DNA from: a virus
Strand: one strand, 5' to 3'
Length of the DNA: 64,000 bases
Virus genome (UHGV): UHGV-2113617
Part shown: positions 41,213 through 50,126 of the stretch, in pieces
Position numbering within the stretch: the stretch's first letter is position 1
Layout: the number at the start of each line of letters is the position of its first letter
Translations under genes and position numbers: made by a program
The notes under the pieces: generated by a model
The model's database searches: none
Told to the model about the DNA's origin: nothing
Seen by the model: only the letters and a program-made list of their open reading frames with translations

Positions 41213-41529
41213 AAGTCCTCAACTTGAAAATCGTCTTTAAACAATCGGTTAACTATATGAGCTATTATATCACCATGACACGGCTTTGGTTTACATGTGC
41301 ATCCTAGCCTCATTCCACGTAAAGGCTCTAAATGTGCTTTAGTTATTTCTCCGGATTTAATTCGACGTATAAAATCTTTTTTAAATAATTCAATGGCAGC
41401 CTCCCGGCTGCCAGCATCTTTACCGACGTAATTTCCCCAAAATGTACCGCGGTGAATATTAACATCAAAGTCGGATTTGTATTTATTCACTACCCGGCAT
41501 AGACGGCCCACGCTGGAATAATTCGTCAT
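41203..41529 (-). CDS. hypothetical protein (nrdA.1-like position)
   Basis: 108 aa ORF with CxC...H motif. Confidence 0.5.
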   Translation of the reverse strand: MTNYSSVGRLCRVVNKYKSDFDVNIHRGTFWGNYVGKDAGSREAAIELFKKDFIRRIKSGEITKAHLEPLRGMRLGCTCKPKPCHGDIIAHIVNRLFKDDFQVEDLCN

Positions 41530-41758
41530 ATTGTTTTTCCGTTAAAACAGTAATATCGTAGTAACAATCAGAAGAAGTTTTAACTGTGGAAATTTTATTA
41601 TCAAAATACTCACGAGTCATTTTATGAGTATAATATTTTTTGCCATAAATTATAATAGGCTGATTTGGTCCTGGAACTTCTAACTCGCTTGGGTTAGGAA
41701 GTGTAAAAAGAACTACACCAGAAGTATCTTTAAATCGTAAAATCATATATCCTCGCAA
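41483..41758 (-). CDS. hypothetical protein (nrdA.2-like position)
   Basis: 91 aa ORF overlapping the next gene start. Confidence 0.45.
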   Translation of the reverse strand: MRGYMILRFKDTSGVVLFTLPNPSELEVPGPNQPIIIYGKKYYTHKMTREYFDNKISTVKTSSDCYYDITVLTEKQYDELFQRGPSMPGSE

Positions 41759-41769
41759 TTAAATTAAAA

Positions 41770-42081
41770 TTACACCGCCATTTTTCCTTTCAAGACACCA
41801 TGGGACTGATAATCTTTAAGAACGAAATCTTTAGGCCTGAGTTTAAGAACATATTCCAATTGTTCTTTAGTAGAAAGATAGCGGAATTTATAAGGCAATC
41901 CGCCTATTATCAGTTCACAAAGCTCTTTAGGTTCACGACGCAAAATTTCTTTACATTGTTCTACGTGATTCATATAGATATGAGTATTACCACCAGAAAA
42001 TATCAAATCTCCTGGAATAAGATTACACATCTTAGCTACAATATGAACTAACGCAGCGTACGAGGCAATGTTGAATGGAAG
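41770..42081 (-). CDS. td: thymidylate synthase exon 2
   Basis: Begins CTTCCATTCAAC (LPFNIA...) directly after the intron terminal G; 103 codons to stop. Confidence 0.9.
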   Translation of the reverse strand, partial: LPFNIASYAALVHIVAKMCNLIPGDLIFSGGNTHIYMNHVEQCKEILRREPKELCELIIGGLPYKFRYLSTKEQLEYVLKLRPKDFVLKDYQSHGVLKGKMAV

Positions 42082-43097
42082 CATTATGTTCAGATAAGGT
42101 CGTTAATCTTATCCCGGAATTATATCCAGCTGCATGTCACCATGCAGAGCAGACTATATCTCCAACTTGTTAAAGCAAGTTGTCTATCGTTTCGAGTCAC
42201 TTGACCCTACTCCCTAAAGGGATAGTCGTTAGGCATTTATGTAGAACCAATTCCACTTATCAGATTTTACACGGTAAGTAACTAATCCGGATGAAATTTC
42301 AAAATGTCTAGCTGCGTCAGCTGCACATTCAAAAATAACCCCATCACATGAAATCTTTTTAATATTACTAGGCTTTTTACCTTTCATCTTTTCTGATATT
42401 TTAGATTTAGTTTTGTCTGAATGCTTATGATTAAAGAATGAATTATTTTCGCCTGAACGATTTCTGCATTTACTACAAGTATAAGCAGAAGTTTGTATAC
42501 GAACCCCACATTCACAAAACTTATGGGTTTCTGGATTCCAACGCCCATTTTTGCTTCCGGGTTTACCGTAAAGAGCTTTCCGACCATCAGAGCCAAGCTT
42601 AAGCATCTTAGCTTTAACAGTTTCAGAGCGTTTCTTAATAATTTCTTCTTTTAATGGATGTACAGAATATGTATCACCAAACGTTGCATCAGCAATATTG
42701 TATCCATTAATTTTAGAATTAAGCTCTTTAATCCAAAAATTTTCTCGTTCAATAATCAAATCTTTCTCATATGGAATTTCTTCCAAAATAGAGCATTCAA
42801 ACACATTACCGTGTTTATTAAAAGACCTTTGAAGTTTTATAGAAGAATGGCATCCTTTTTCTAAGTCTTTAAAATGCCTCTTCCATCTCTTTTCAAAATC
42901 TTTAGCACTTCCTACATATACTTTATTGTTTAAAGTATTTTTAATCTGATAAATTCCACTTTTCATAAATACCTCTTTAAATATAGAAGTATTTATTAAA
43001 GGGTAGTCCTACAATTTAGCACGGGATTGTCTACTAGAGAGGTTCCCCGTTTAGATAGATTACAAGTATAAGTCACCTTATACTCAGGCCTCAATTA
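42082..43097 (-). mobile_element. group I self-splicing intron in td (1016 nt) carrying I-TevI
   Basis: Starts TAATTGAGGCCTGAGTATAAGGTGACTTATACTTG after exon-1 ...TTGGGT and ends ...AACATAATG; matches my memory of the T4 td intron ends and length. Confidence 0.85.
42229..42966 (-). CDS. I-TevI: intron-encoded GIY-YIG homing endonuclease I-TevI
   Basis: 245 aa; N-terminal MKSGIYQIKNTLNNKVYVGSAKDFEKRWKRH GIY-YIG domain, C-terminal zinc finger and DNA-binding region. Confidence 0.9.
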   Translation of the reverse strand: MKSGIYQIKNTLNNKVYVGSAKDFEKRWKRHFKDLEKGCHSSIKLQRSFNKHGNVFECSILEEIPYEKDLIIERENFWIKELNSKINGYNIADATFGDTYSVHPLKEEIIKKRSETVKAKMLKLGSDGRKALYGKPGSKNGRWNPETHKFCECGVRIQTSAYTCSKCRNRSGENNSFFNHKHSDKTKSKISEKMKGKKPSNIKKISCDGVIFECAADAARHFEISSGLVTYRVKSDKWNWFYINA

Positions 43098-43646
43098 ACC
43101 CAAGAAAACATCTACAGAACGTTGATACCACTGCAAATCCAAATAGCCATTACGCACATTAAACTGATAGAACATATGACAGGGCGGTAATGCCATTTGA
43201 TTGATTTCAGCTGGATTCCATGCTGAAACGATTTGACGTCGATCAGTTGGTAATTTTTTAATACGATCAATAGTTTCAACTAATTGGTCCACACCGCCGA
43301 AATCACGCCATTGTTTACCGTATATAGGACCAAGTTCACCACTATGATATCCTAAATCTTTTGCTTGGTTTTCGTAATTTTCATCCCAGACTGTTTTGCC
43401 TTGAATTAATGAATCGTGTTGAATTAATCGTAAATCATTGACATTTGTGCTTCCTGATAAAAACCAAAGGAGCTCAGCAATGCAAGCTTTCCAGGCGAGC
43501 TTCTTAGTTGTTACTGCAGGAAAACCTTTACTTAAATCCCAGCGTAATTTAGTACCGAACAAGGCAATTGTTCCTGTGCCTGTTCGATCATCTGTTTCAT
43601 AGCCATTTTCAAAAATGTCTTTAATTAAATCTTGGTATTGTTTCAT
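43098..43646 (-). CDS. td: thymidylate synthase exon 1
   Basis: 183 codons ending ...VFLG at the intron 5' splice site. Confidence 0.9.
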
Positions 43647-43683
43647 TTAGTACCTTATATAAATTATAATACATTTTATGAAG

Positions 43684-44049
43684 CTAAATAATCAATGGTT
43701 TAGCATCAAATTTTCTTTCAATTTCAGGTGTGAAATATAATTCTTTACCGCGTTTGGAAAAGCGACCAATAATATGATAATTATTCTCATCAAACGTAAT
43801 ATTGCCAATATCCATAGCTTTCAACCAAATATCGATATTTCTGTCAAGCTTTATATCAAAATTCCAATACGGAGAACTATTACCGAAAATACTGCAAGCG
43901 GATTCAGTGAAACAACTGCTATAAATCTTGTCTTTAGGAACTACTAATTGATAGACGCCTTTAATAAACTGAGGACCCTGCCATTTTGGTTGTTTTGCGT
44001 CTTTTTCTAATAGAATAGGATAATAATTAAAGTTCATATTTTCCGCCAC
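43684..44049 (-). CDS. hypothetical protein between frd and td
   Basis: 121 aa ORF with plausible start; no recognisable motif. Confidence 0.5.
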   Translation of the reverse strand: MAENMNFNYYPILLEKDAKQPKWQGPQFIKGVYQLVVPKDKIYSSCFTESACSIFGNSSPYWNFDIKLDRNIDIWLKAMDIGNITFDENNYHIIGRFSKRGKELYFTPEIERKFDAKPLII

Positions 44050-44057
44050 GCGTTATT

Positions 44058-44642
<585 letters not shown>

Positions 44643-44885
44643 TCAAAACCCCCTTTCAATAAACCATTCAGCGGCTTTATTAGCATCAAAGAATAATTCT
44701 TCATATGTCTTTTCTTTGTTTTCAAAAACTGTCACACAAACACGTTGACATTCTCCACAGTATTCTTCTGACATACTCAAAGCGTCAGAAAACATTTCAT
44801 TAAATTCATTTAAATCAGGATTATGCAATGCGTTAAAAATTGCATAATCGAATTCATCATTCATAAATTCAAATACAAAAATCAT
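44643..44885 (-). CDS. hypothetical protein (frd.1-like)
   Basis: 80 aa from internal Met with SD AAGGA; chosen over the 143 aa form that overlaps the upstream gene by 179 nt. Confidence 0.4.
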   Translation of the reverse strand: MIFVFEFMNDEFDYAIFNALHNPDLNEFNEMFSDALSMSEEYCGECQRVCVTVFENKEKTYEELFFDANKAAEWFIERGF

Positions 44886-44895
44886 ATTATTTTCC

Positions 44896-45138
44896 TTAAA
44901 CAGACTTTTTCGCAATTTTCCAATCAGCTTTAAACTGTTCAACGTCAGAATGGTAAATCCAGAATCCTGCGCTTTCTCCATCCTCATAAAGAGGGCATCC
45001 ATCGCATTCATCTTCCCATCCCATATCACGTAAAAGTTGTTCAGCTTTTTCAACAAGTTCAGAATCTTTACCAATGATATTAAAATACCATTTACCTTTA
45101 ACTTCTGAATCTTTGATGCTCTGACGTTGTAATCTCAT
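44896..45138 (-). CDS. hypothetical protein (frd.2-like)
   Basis: 80 aa from MRLQRQ with strong SD AAGGAG 6 nt upstream; longer 99 aa form lacks an RBS. Confidence 0.45.
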   Translation of the reverse strand: MRLQRQSIKDSEVKGKWYFNIIGKDSELVEKAEQLLRDMGWEDECDGCPLYEDGESAGFWIYHSDVEQFKADWKIAKKSV

Positions 45139-45195
45139 TTTATTCTCCTTAGTTGATAAGGCTATAGTATCACTACTATAGCCCGTTGTAAACAA

Positions 45196-45456
45196 TTATT
45201 TTTGAATTTTATCGAGCCACTTACCAAGCTTAATCATTTCTTTAGTAGCCTTTTCCATACTTCTGAACTTAACCAATAGAGGATAGGTATCGACACCCAT
45301 AACTAAACTGGTTACAAGACTGTGTTCACCCACAAGCCATAACGAATACGTTTGAATATCGAGTCCGTAATTTCTGTCTTTATGGACCCGTACACCCATC
45401 ACTTCAAATTTCTCACTAGCTTTTTCTACCGCATCCAGGAAATCATCTTTAGTCAT
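45196..45456 (-). CDS. hypothetical protein
   Basis: ORF in track (100 aa); start at second Met avoids overlap with upstream gene. Confidence 0.4.
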   Translation of the reverse strand: MTKDDFLDAVEKASEKFEVMGVRVHKDRNYGLDIQTYSLWLVGEHSLVTSLVMGVDTYPLLVKFRSMEKATKEMIKLGKWLDKIQK

Positions 45457-45457
45457 A

Positions 45458-45859
45458 TTAGGCCTTAAAAGTTTTTCGCAAAAGTTCAATGATTTCATCT
45501 ACATTGTTTTCGTCTACAATGCAGTGAATTTTTGTTACGCCAGAAACCTTGTCTTCGACTTCATCTTCTTCAGAAGTCGGTTCTTTATACTCGCGGAAAC
45601 AATAAAACTCTTCTTCACTAAGTTCAAAATAATCATCACCTATGCCATCATCATTATAGATTTCGCCATTAGCACAAATGATTTCGGTTACATAATCAAA
45701 GCCATCTAAACTTGATATTGATTTAACTTCAAACCAACCGCCATTTTCTTGAATGATGCTGACCATATTAGCATTTGATGAACTAATATCAATGAAAGAT
45801 TTAATACGGTGTGGATTTAACTCATATTTTTTGCCGATTTCCATTTTGATTTTCCTCAT
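45458..45859 (-). CDS. hypothetical acidic protein
   Basis: 133 aa ORF. Confidence 0.5.
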   Translation of the reverse strand: MRKIKMEIGKKYELNPHRIKSFIDISSSNANMVSIIQENGGWFEVKSISSLDGFDYVTEIICANGEIYNDDGIGDDYFELSEEEFYCFREYKEPTSEEDEVEDKVSGVTKIHCIVDENNVDEIIELLRKTFKA

Positions 45860-45889
45860 TTTAACGGGACTGTAATAGCCCCTTGATAA

Positions 45890-46117
45890 TTATTGTTCAA
45901 TCAGTCCCATATAAAATTCTGCGTCTTCAGCATCCATGCCATCGCAATATTCATTAGCCATAAAGCGGGTGAGGTCTTCAAGAGGACCTTCAATAACGAT
46001 TTGAATACTCCAAAACTTAGAATCTTGTACGCTTGTGATACTAAGTTCAGGATAACGATTACGAATAATTTCTTCAATATATTCAAAATCAACGATGTCA
46101 ATATCAACTTTAGCCAT
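45890..46117 (-). CDS. hypothetical acidic protein
   Basis: 75 aa from MAKVDIDIV with SD GAGGA 8 nt upstream; downstream of early promoter. Confidence 0.5.
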   Translation of the reverse strand: MAKVDIDIVDFEYIEEIIRNRYPELSITSVQDSKFWSIQIVIEGPLEDLTRFMANEYCDGMDAEDAEFYMGLIEQ

Positions 46118-46160
46118 ATTATTTTCCTCTTTAATCATCAGCAGTATTGCCGATAGTTGT

Positions 46161-46190
46161 ATAGTACCATAGAAGAACAGAGATGTAAAC
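46161..46190 (-). promoter_or_regulatory. early promoter (GTTTAC, 18 nt, TGG-TACTAT)
   Basis: Minus strand GTTTAC(46185-46190) and TACTAT(46161-46166) with TGG extension; same layout as the motA promoter. Confidence 0.5.
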
Positions 46191-46210
46191 AGTTTTGTGA
46201 AAAATTTTTG

Positions 46211-46239
46211 AAATAAAAAAGGGGACCTCTAGGGTCCCC
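46211..46239 (-). terminator. intrinsic terminator after gene 32
   Basis: GGGGACC-loop-GGTCCCC hairpin followed by TTTTTTATTT on minus strand. Confidence 0.7.
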
Positions 46240-46261
46240 AATTAATTAGTAATATAATCTA

Positions 46262-47170
46262 TTAAAGGTCATTCAAAAGGTCATCCAGGTCCGTGTCATC
46301 AGCACTAGATGAACTGCCAGAGCTTGAGCTCATAAAATCATCTTCAGTTTTTGTTTTGAAGTCATCAACATTAAATGCATCCAAATCATCAGCAACTTTA
46401 TCAGCTTTCTTAGCGGCAGTTGCTGCGGCACCACCCATAGCAGCAGTTCCCATAACTTGACTGAACTTAGTGCTCAGTTCTTCAAACGATTTGAATTTAT
46501 CTTTAGAAGTCATTTCAGAAAGGTCAACCATTTGTTCGAACAGTTCTTTCTGGAAAGATTCATCATCAATGTTTGGAATCGCAGATTGATTCAGGAATTT
46601 AGATTCGTCGTAGTTACTAAAACCAGAAACTTGTTTAACTTTCAGTACAAAGTTAGCACCTTCCCACGGACAAGTTACATCAACCGGAGTTTCACCCATT
46701 TCAACATCAACTGCAATCATTGCGTTGATTTTATCCCAGATTTTCTTACCGAAACGGTATTTAAATACTTTACCTTCATTTTCTGGAGCAGCTGGGTCTT
46801 TTACTACAAGAATGTTAGCCCAGTAAGAAGTTTTACGTTTAACAAGACCGTACTCTTTATTGTCAGTGTTGTACAAATCATTTTTATTGATGTACTGACA
46901 TACTGGACAAGAATCGTAATCACCGTAGGTAGATGAGCATGTTTCGATATACCATTTACCATTTTTCTTGAAACCGTGATTTACAAGAAGTGCAAATGGT
47001 GCTTGTTCATCATTTTTAGACGGAAGAAAACGAATTACTGCTTGACCGTTACCCGCATTGTCGAGTTTCAGTTTCCACTCGCCTTTATCTTCAGAAGAAA
47101 AACCACCTTTATTTCCAGCCAGTTTAGCCATTTGCGCAGCGAGTTCAGCAGTAGATTTACGTTTAAACAT
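46262..47170 (-). CDS. 32: single-stranded DNA-binding protein gp32
   Basis: 302 aa; N-terminus [17 protein letters not shown], Zn-binding Cys/His cluster, acidic C-terminus [22 protein letters not shown]. Confidence 0.9.
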   Translation of the reverse strand: MFKRKSTAELAAQMAKLAGNKGGFSSEDKGEWKLKLDNAGNGQAVIRFLPSKNDEQAPFALLVNHGFKKNGKWYIETCSSTYGDYDSCPVCQYINKNDLYNTDNKEYGLVKRKTSYWANILVVKDPAAPENEGKVFKYRFGKKIWDKINAMIAVDVEMGETPVDVTCPWEGANFVLKVKQVSGFSNYDESKFLNQSAIPNIDDESFQKELFEQMVDLSEMTSKDKFKSFEELSTKFSQVMGTAAMGGAAATAAKKADKVADDLDAFNVDDFKTKTEDDFMSSSSGSSSSADDTDLDDLLNDL

Positions 47171-47206
47171 TTTTATTTCCTTTTTAATTTAATTTAATTT
47201 AATAAC
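47171..47206 (-). promoter_or_regulatory. gene 32 translational operator (AU-rich UUAAA repeats at the RBS)
   Basis: Minus strand TTATTAAATTAAATTAAATTAAAAAGGAAATAAAAATG just before the gp32 start. Confidence 0.7.
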
Positions 47207-47229
47207 AGTTGGTGCTATGACACTTTACC

Positions 47230-47859
47230 TCATAGCTGGCATAATTCGCAATACTCTGGGTCTTCGAGAGGTATCCAACCTGAATTGAAATACTTTACCA
47301 TCGATTTAGCAGTTGTATCAGTTATATTTATATTACCTTTAACTCTTCGCCATCCAGGAGTTTTACCGTACAGATTAGAGGATAATAACACATAATTCTC
47401 GTAAGCAATATGAGATAATTTCCAAGACTCTATATTAGCTCGTGATGTTTTCCAAGGTCTAAAATCGTCACGGTTCATATAATTAGCCAATCTCATATGC
47501 TCTCTAACTTCCGGGTCTTTGGCTGGATGAGTTTCACCACTCACACCAAATCCGCCACCGGCATATACCAGATTAAAATAGTCTGGATTATCTCTGGCAT
47601 TTACTTCAAGTTGGTATTTTCGCTCTGCTTCAATAACATCCAAATCATCATCAATTTGAATTATTTTAACGCTCGGTTTTTGAAGCATTACCGCATTTAA
47701 AAATCTTTTTTGTTTACACGAACTCCAGTATTCCTTTCCGGAAGAGTCATATATTATTCCATTCTCAAATGAGCAATTTAATTTACTGCCGATATAGTAG
47801 TACGGCGGAGTCTTATTTTTGATACGGTCTTCAAATGTAAACCAATATACTATATTCAT
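47230..47859 (-). CDS. segG: putative homing endonuclease (SegG-like) between genes 32 and 59
   Basis: 209 aa; N-terminal YYYIGSK GIY-YIG-like motif; same position as T4 segG. Confidence 0.55.
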   Translation of the reverse strand: MNIVYWFTFEDRIKNKTPPYYYIGSKLNCSFENGIIYDSSGKEYWSSCKQKRFLNAVMLQKPSVKIIQIDDDLDVIEAERKYQLEVNARDNPDYFNLVYAGGGFGVSGETHPAKDPEVREHMRLANYMNRDDFRPWKTSRANIESWKLSHIAYENYVLLSSNLYGKTPGWRRVKGNINITDTTAKSMVKYFNSGWIPLEDPEYCELCQL

Positions 47860-47860
47860 A

Positions 47861-48514
47861 TTAATACTTACAGGATTTCACAGTTTCAATGAAAACACTT
47901 TTAGCTTTCTGTGAATCAATATTTAAAATTTTTCTATAAGCCTTTAACTTTATAGAATAATTATTCCAGACTAAATTATCAGTCTGTTCATCATGTTTAT
48001 CGATTATATTTAAAAACGAATCAAGCAAGATAAACGTCTCAAACGAAATTATATTCGATTGAAGTAGTTTAAAAATATAACTTGATTGAACTTTTGGATT
48101 ATACTCAAAGATTTCTTTAAAAGCAGAAACTTCAACTTTTTTACTAAAATAATAAATGTTGCGAATATCTTCTTCAAACTTAAATTTAATTTGCTTTAAG
48201 CGTCCGATATATTCACGATAAAACACAAGTGCATCAGCGTCAGAGATGTCACCAATCCAAGCATCTTGGTTAGCAACAAGATTGCTTATAAAGATTAAAG
48301 CAAGTTCCTTTAATTTATATTTTTCTGATAACTTCTGGAAAAAATACTTATCCCTTCGCTTTTGATAAGCGGCATCAGACACCCGCATGCACCAATTATA
48401 CTTAATTACATCATACTTTCCATTCATGTGTTGTTTTATCATTAAGTATAATTTATAAACTGATTTACCATCAATATATCTTTCACCACCAGCAGGCATG
48501 CGGAGTTTAATCAT
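47861..48514 (-). CDS. 59: helicase loader gp59
   Basis: 217 aa, same as T4 gp59. Confidence 0.85.
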   Translation of the reverse strand: MIKLRMPAGGERYIDGKSVYKLYLMIKQHMNGKYDVIKYNWCMRVSDAAYQKRRDKYFFQKLSEKYKLKELALIFISNLVANQDAWIGDISDADALVFYREYIGRLKQIKFKFEEDIRNIYYFSKKVEVSAFKEIFEYNPKVQSSYIFKLLQSNIISFETFILLDSFLNIIDKHDEQTDNLVWNNYSIKLKAYRKILNIDSQKAKSVFIETVKSCKY

Positions 48515-48849
48515 AGTAGAAAATCTAATGTATTAGTTTTTTCACAACGAACAACAGAAGGACGTAAAAGATTTTCGTCAATGGCTTCTGACTGAATTTT
48601 TTCAATTATACCCGAAGGAATAAATTTAGCAAATTGAGTTTCAGGAATAGAATTTTCTTCTAAAAATGCTGTTGTAGCTTCAAGATAACTCATTCCAAAC
48701 TCTTCTACCATTTTTTCAATAATAAATCCATTTTCTTGACGATCAAGAAGCTTTGCTATTTCATCCTTTTCTTTCTTAATTGAAAGTTCTTTTTCTGAAA
48801 GACCGGTCTCATCGACCGGACGAATATCATTTAGAGAAAACTGTGTCAT
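48511..48849 (-). CDS. 33: late promoter transcription accessory protein gp33
   Basis: 112 aa from MTQFSL... (T4 gp33 112 aa). Confidence 0.8.
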   Translation of the reverse strand: MTQFSLNDIRPVDETGLSEKELSIKKEKDEIAKLLDRQENGFIIEKMVEEFGMSYLEATTAFLEENSIPETQFAKFIPSGIIEKIQSEAIDENLLRPSVVRCEKTNTLDFLL

Positions 48850-49096
48850 AAAGTTCAACTACCTCTTCAGTTTCAGCTTCAAACACATCACGGTTATCTT
48901 TATGATACAAAGCTAAAAGACGATTAAACATCTTACCATCAACGCCAAGTTCATCTTTGGCACGAATTCGAATATCTTTAATCAGTTCATTATAACCGGA
49001 AATTTTCAGTTTATGATCAGATGCTTCTTTGATAAATTTAGCCAAGTCTTCGCCATGGATAGCTTCATCAAATTCAACCATTTCTTTTTTAGCCAT
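48827..49096 (-). CDS. dsbA: dsDNA-binding protein DsbA
   Basis: 89 aa, same as T4 DsbA. Confidence 0.7.
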   Translation of the reverse strand: MAKKEMVEFDEAIHGEDLAKFIKEASDHKLKISGYNELIKDIRIRAKDELGVDGKMFNRLLALYHKDNRDVFEAETEEVVELYDTVFSK

Positions 49097-49104
49097 TATT
49101 CACC

Positions 49105-50022
49105 TCAAAATTCATTAATGCTATTAGTTAATTTAGAAAGACCCGCTTTTACAAAATATGAATAAATTTTGCCACGCGGCGGTAATTTATATGAATTATA
49201 GTAATTCACAATGTTTGAAGCAATATTATCAGGAATATAATCAAAATCAATTAGAACTAAATTTTCTTTGTATCGATTGTATTCAGATTCGGTGAGAAGC
49301 ACCTTAGCTTGCTCACGGTCATTAGCAATAGCTTCAACAATAGATGTTTTCATTGAAGGAGTTCGTTCACCTTCAACTCTGGTAAACCAAAAGTCAGATC
49401 GTACTTTAACTGAAGCAACGTTATCCTTTTTGTCGCCTTTAAGGATTTTAGTCATGCAATCAATTTCAGCAGAACCGCTTTTAATTTTAACCCATTTCTT
49501 ATGCATCGGTGACCATTGCTTAACATTTGGATACTTGTGAAGTTGAGTAAAGTCACCATCCGATGAAATGATTAAAATTTTATGTCCTTCTAAAGAGAAC
49601 TTTTTAACAAGCACAGCAATGTGGTCATCTGCTTCATACTTATCAATATCCATAACAATGTATGGCATATAAGCTTTCAATTCATCTATAACTTTATGAC
49701 TGGATTCAAAATAACCTTCCCAGTCCCAAGTAGATTCTTCTCGTGCTTTTCCACGGTTTTTCTTATAATAATAAGCAAAATCACGACGCCAGTATCCGGA
49801 TTTTGCGTTATCGATACACAATACAATTTTAGTGTATCCAAGAGTTTTTGCTTTTTTGACATTAAACTTAATTGAGTTCAATATCAAATGACGAACCATT
49901 GATAAGTTAATTTTTTCTTTATCTGGAAAGTTTACTAAAGCAGTTGAAAGCGCAATTTGACTAAAGTCAATTAAGCAAATTCCTTCTTTGTAATCTTCAT
50001 CCAGCATCATTTCTAAATCCAT
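49105..50022 (-). CDS. rnh: RNase H (5'-3' exonuclease)
   Basis: 305 aa from MDLEMMLDEDYKEG...; position and length match T4 rnh. Confidence 0.9.
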   Translation of the reverse strand: MDLEMMLDEDYKEGICLIDFSQIALSTALVNFPDKEKINLSMVRHLILNSIKFNVKKAKTLGYTKIVLCIDNAKSGYWRRDFAYYYKKNRGKAREESTWDWEGYFESSHKVIDELKAYMPYIVMDIDKYEADDHIAVLVKKFSLEGHKILIISSDGDFTQLHKYPNVKQWSPMHKKWVKIKSGSAEIDCMTKILKGDKKDNVASVKVRSDFWFTRVEGERTPSMKTSIVEAIANDREQAKVLLTESEYNRYKENLVLIDFDYIPDNIASNIVNYYNSYKLPPRGKIYSYFVKAGLSKLTNSINEF

Positions 50023-50083
50023 ATGAACCTCGTTCAATTAGTGAGATTTCTATTATATACCATCCAAATCTTAAAGTAAACAA

Positions 50084-50091
50084 GTATAAAT
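50084..50091 (+). promoter_or_regulatory. late promoter (TATAAATA) for gene 34
   Basis: Exact TATAAATA about 36 nt upstream of the gp34 ATG. Confidence 0.7.
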
Positions 50092-50126
50092 ACTTATTAT
50101 TGAAAACACAATAGGAGCCCGGGAGA

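Noticed and set aside
44643-45195. Long forms (143 aa and 99 aa) of two overlapping small ORFs
   Set aside because: Long forms overlap each other by 179 nt and lack RBSs; internal Met starts at 44885 and 45138 have AAGGA / AAGGAG SDs and remove the overlap.
46976-47197. Plus-strand ORFs inside gene 32 (73 aa and 159 aa)
   Set aside because: Antisense to the strongly supported gp32 gene; Phe/Arg-rich low-complexity translations.
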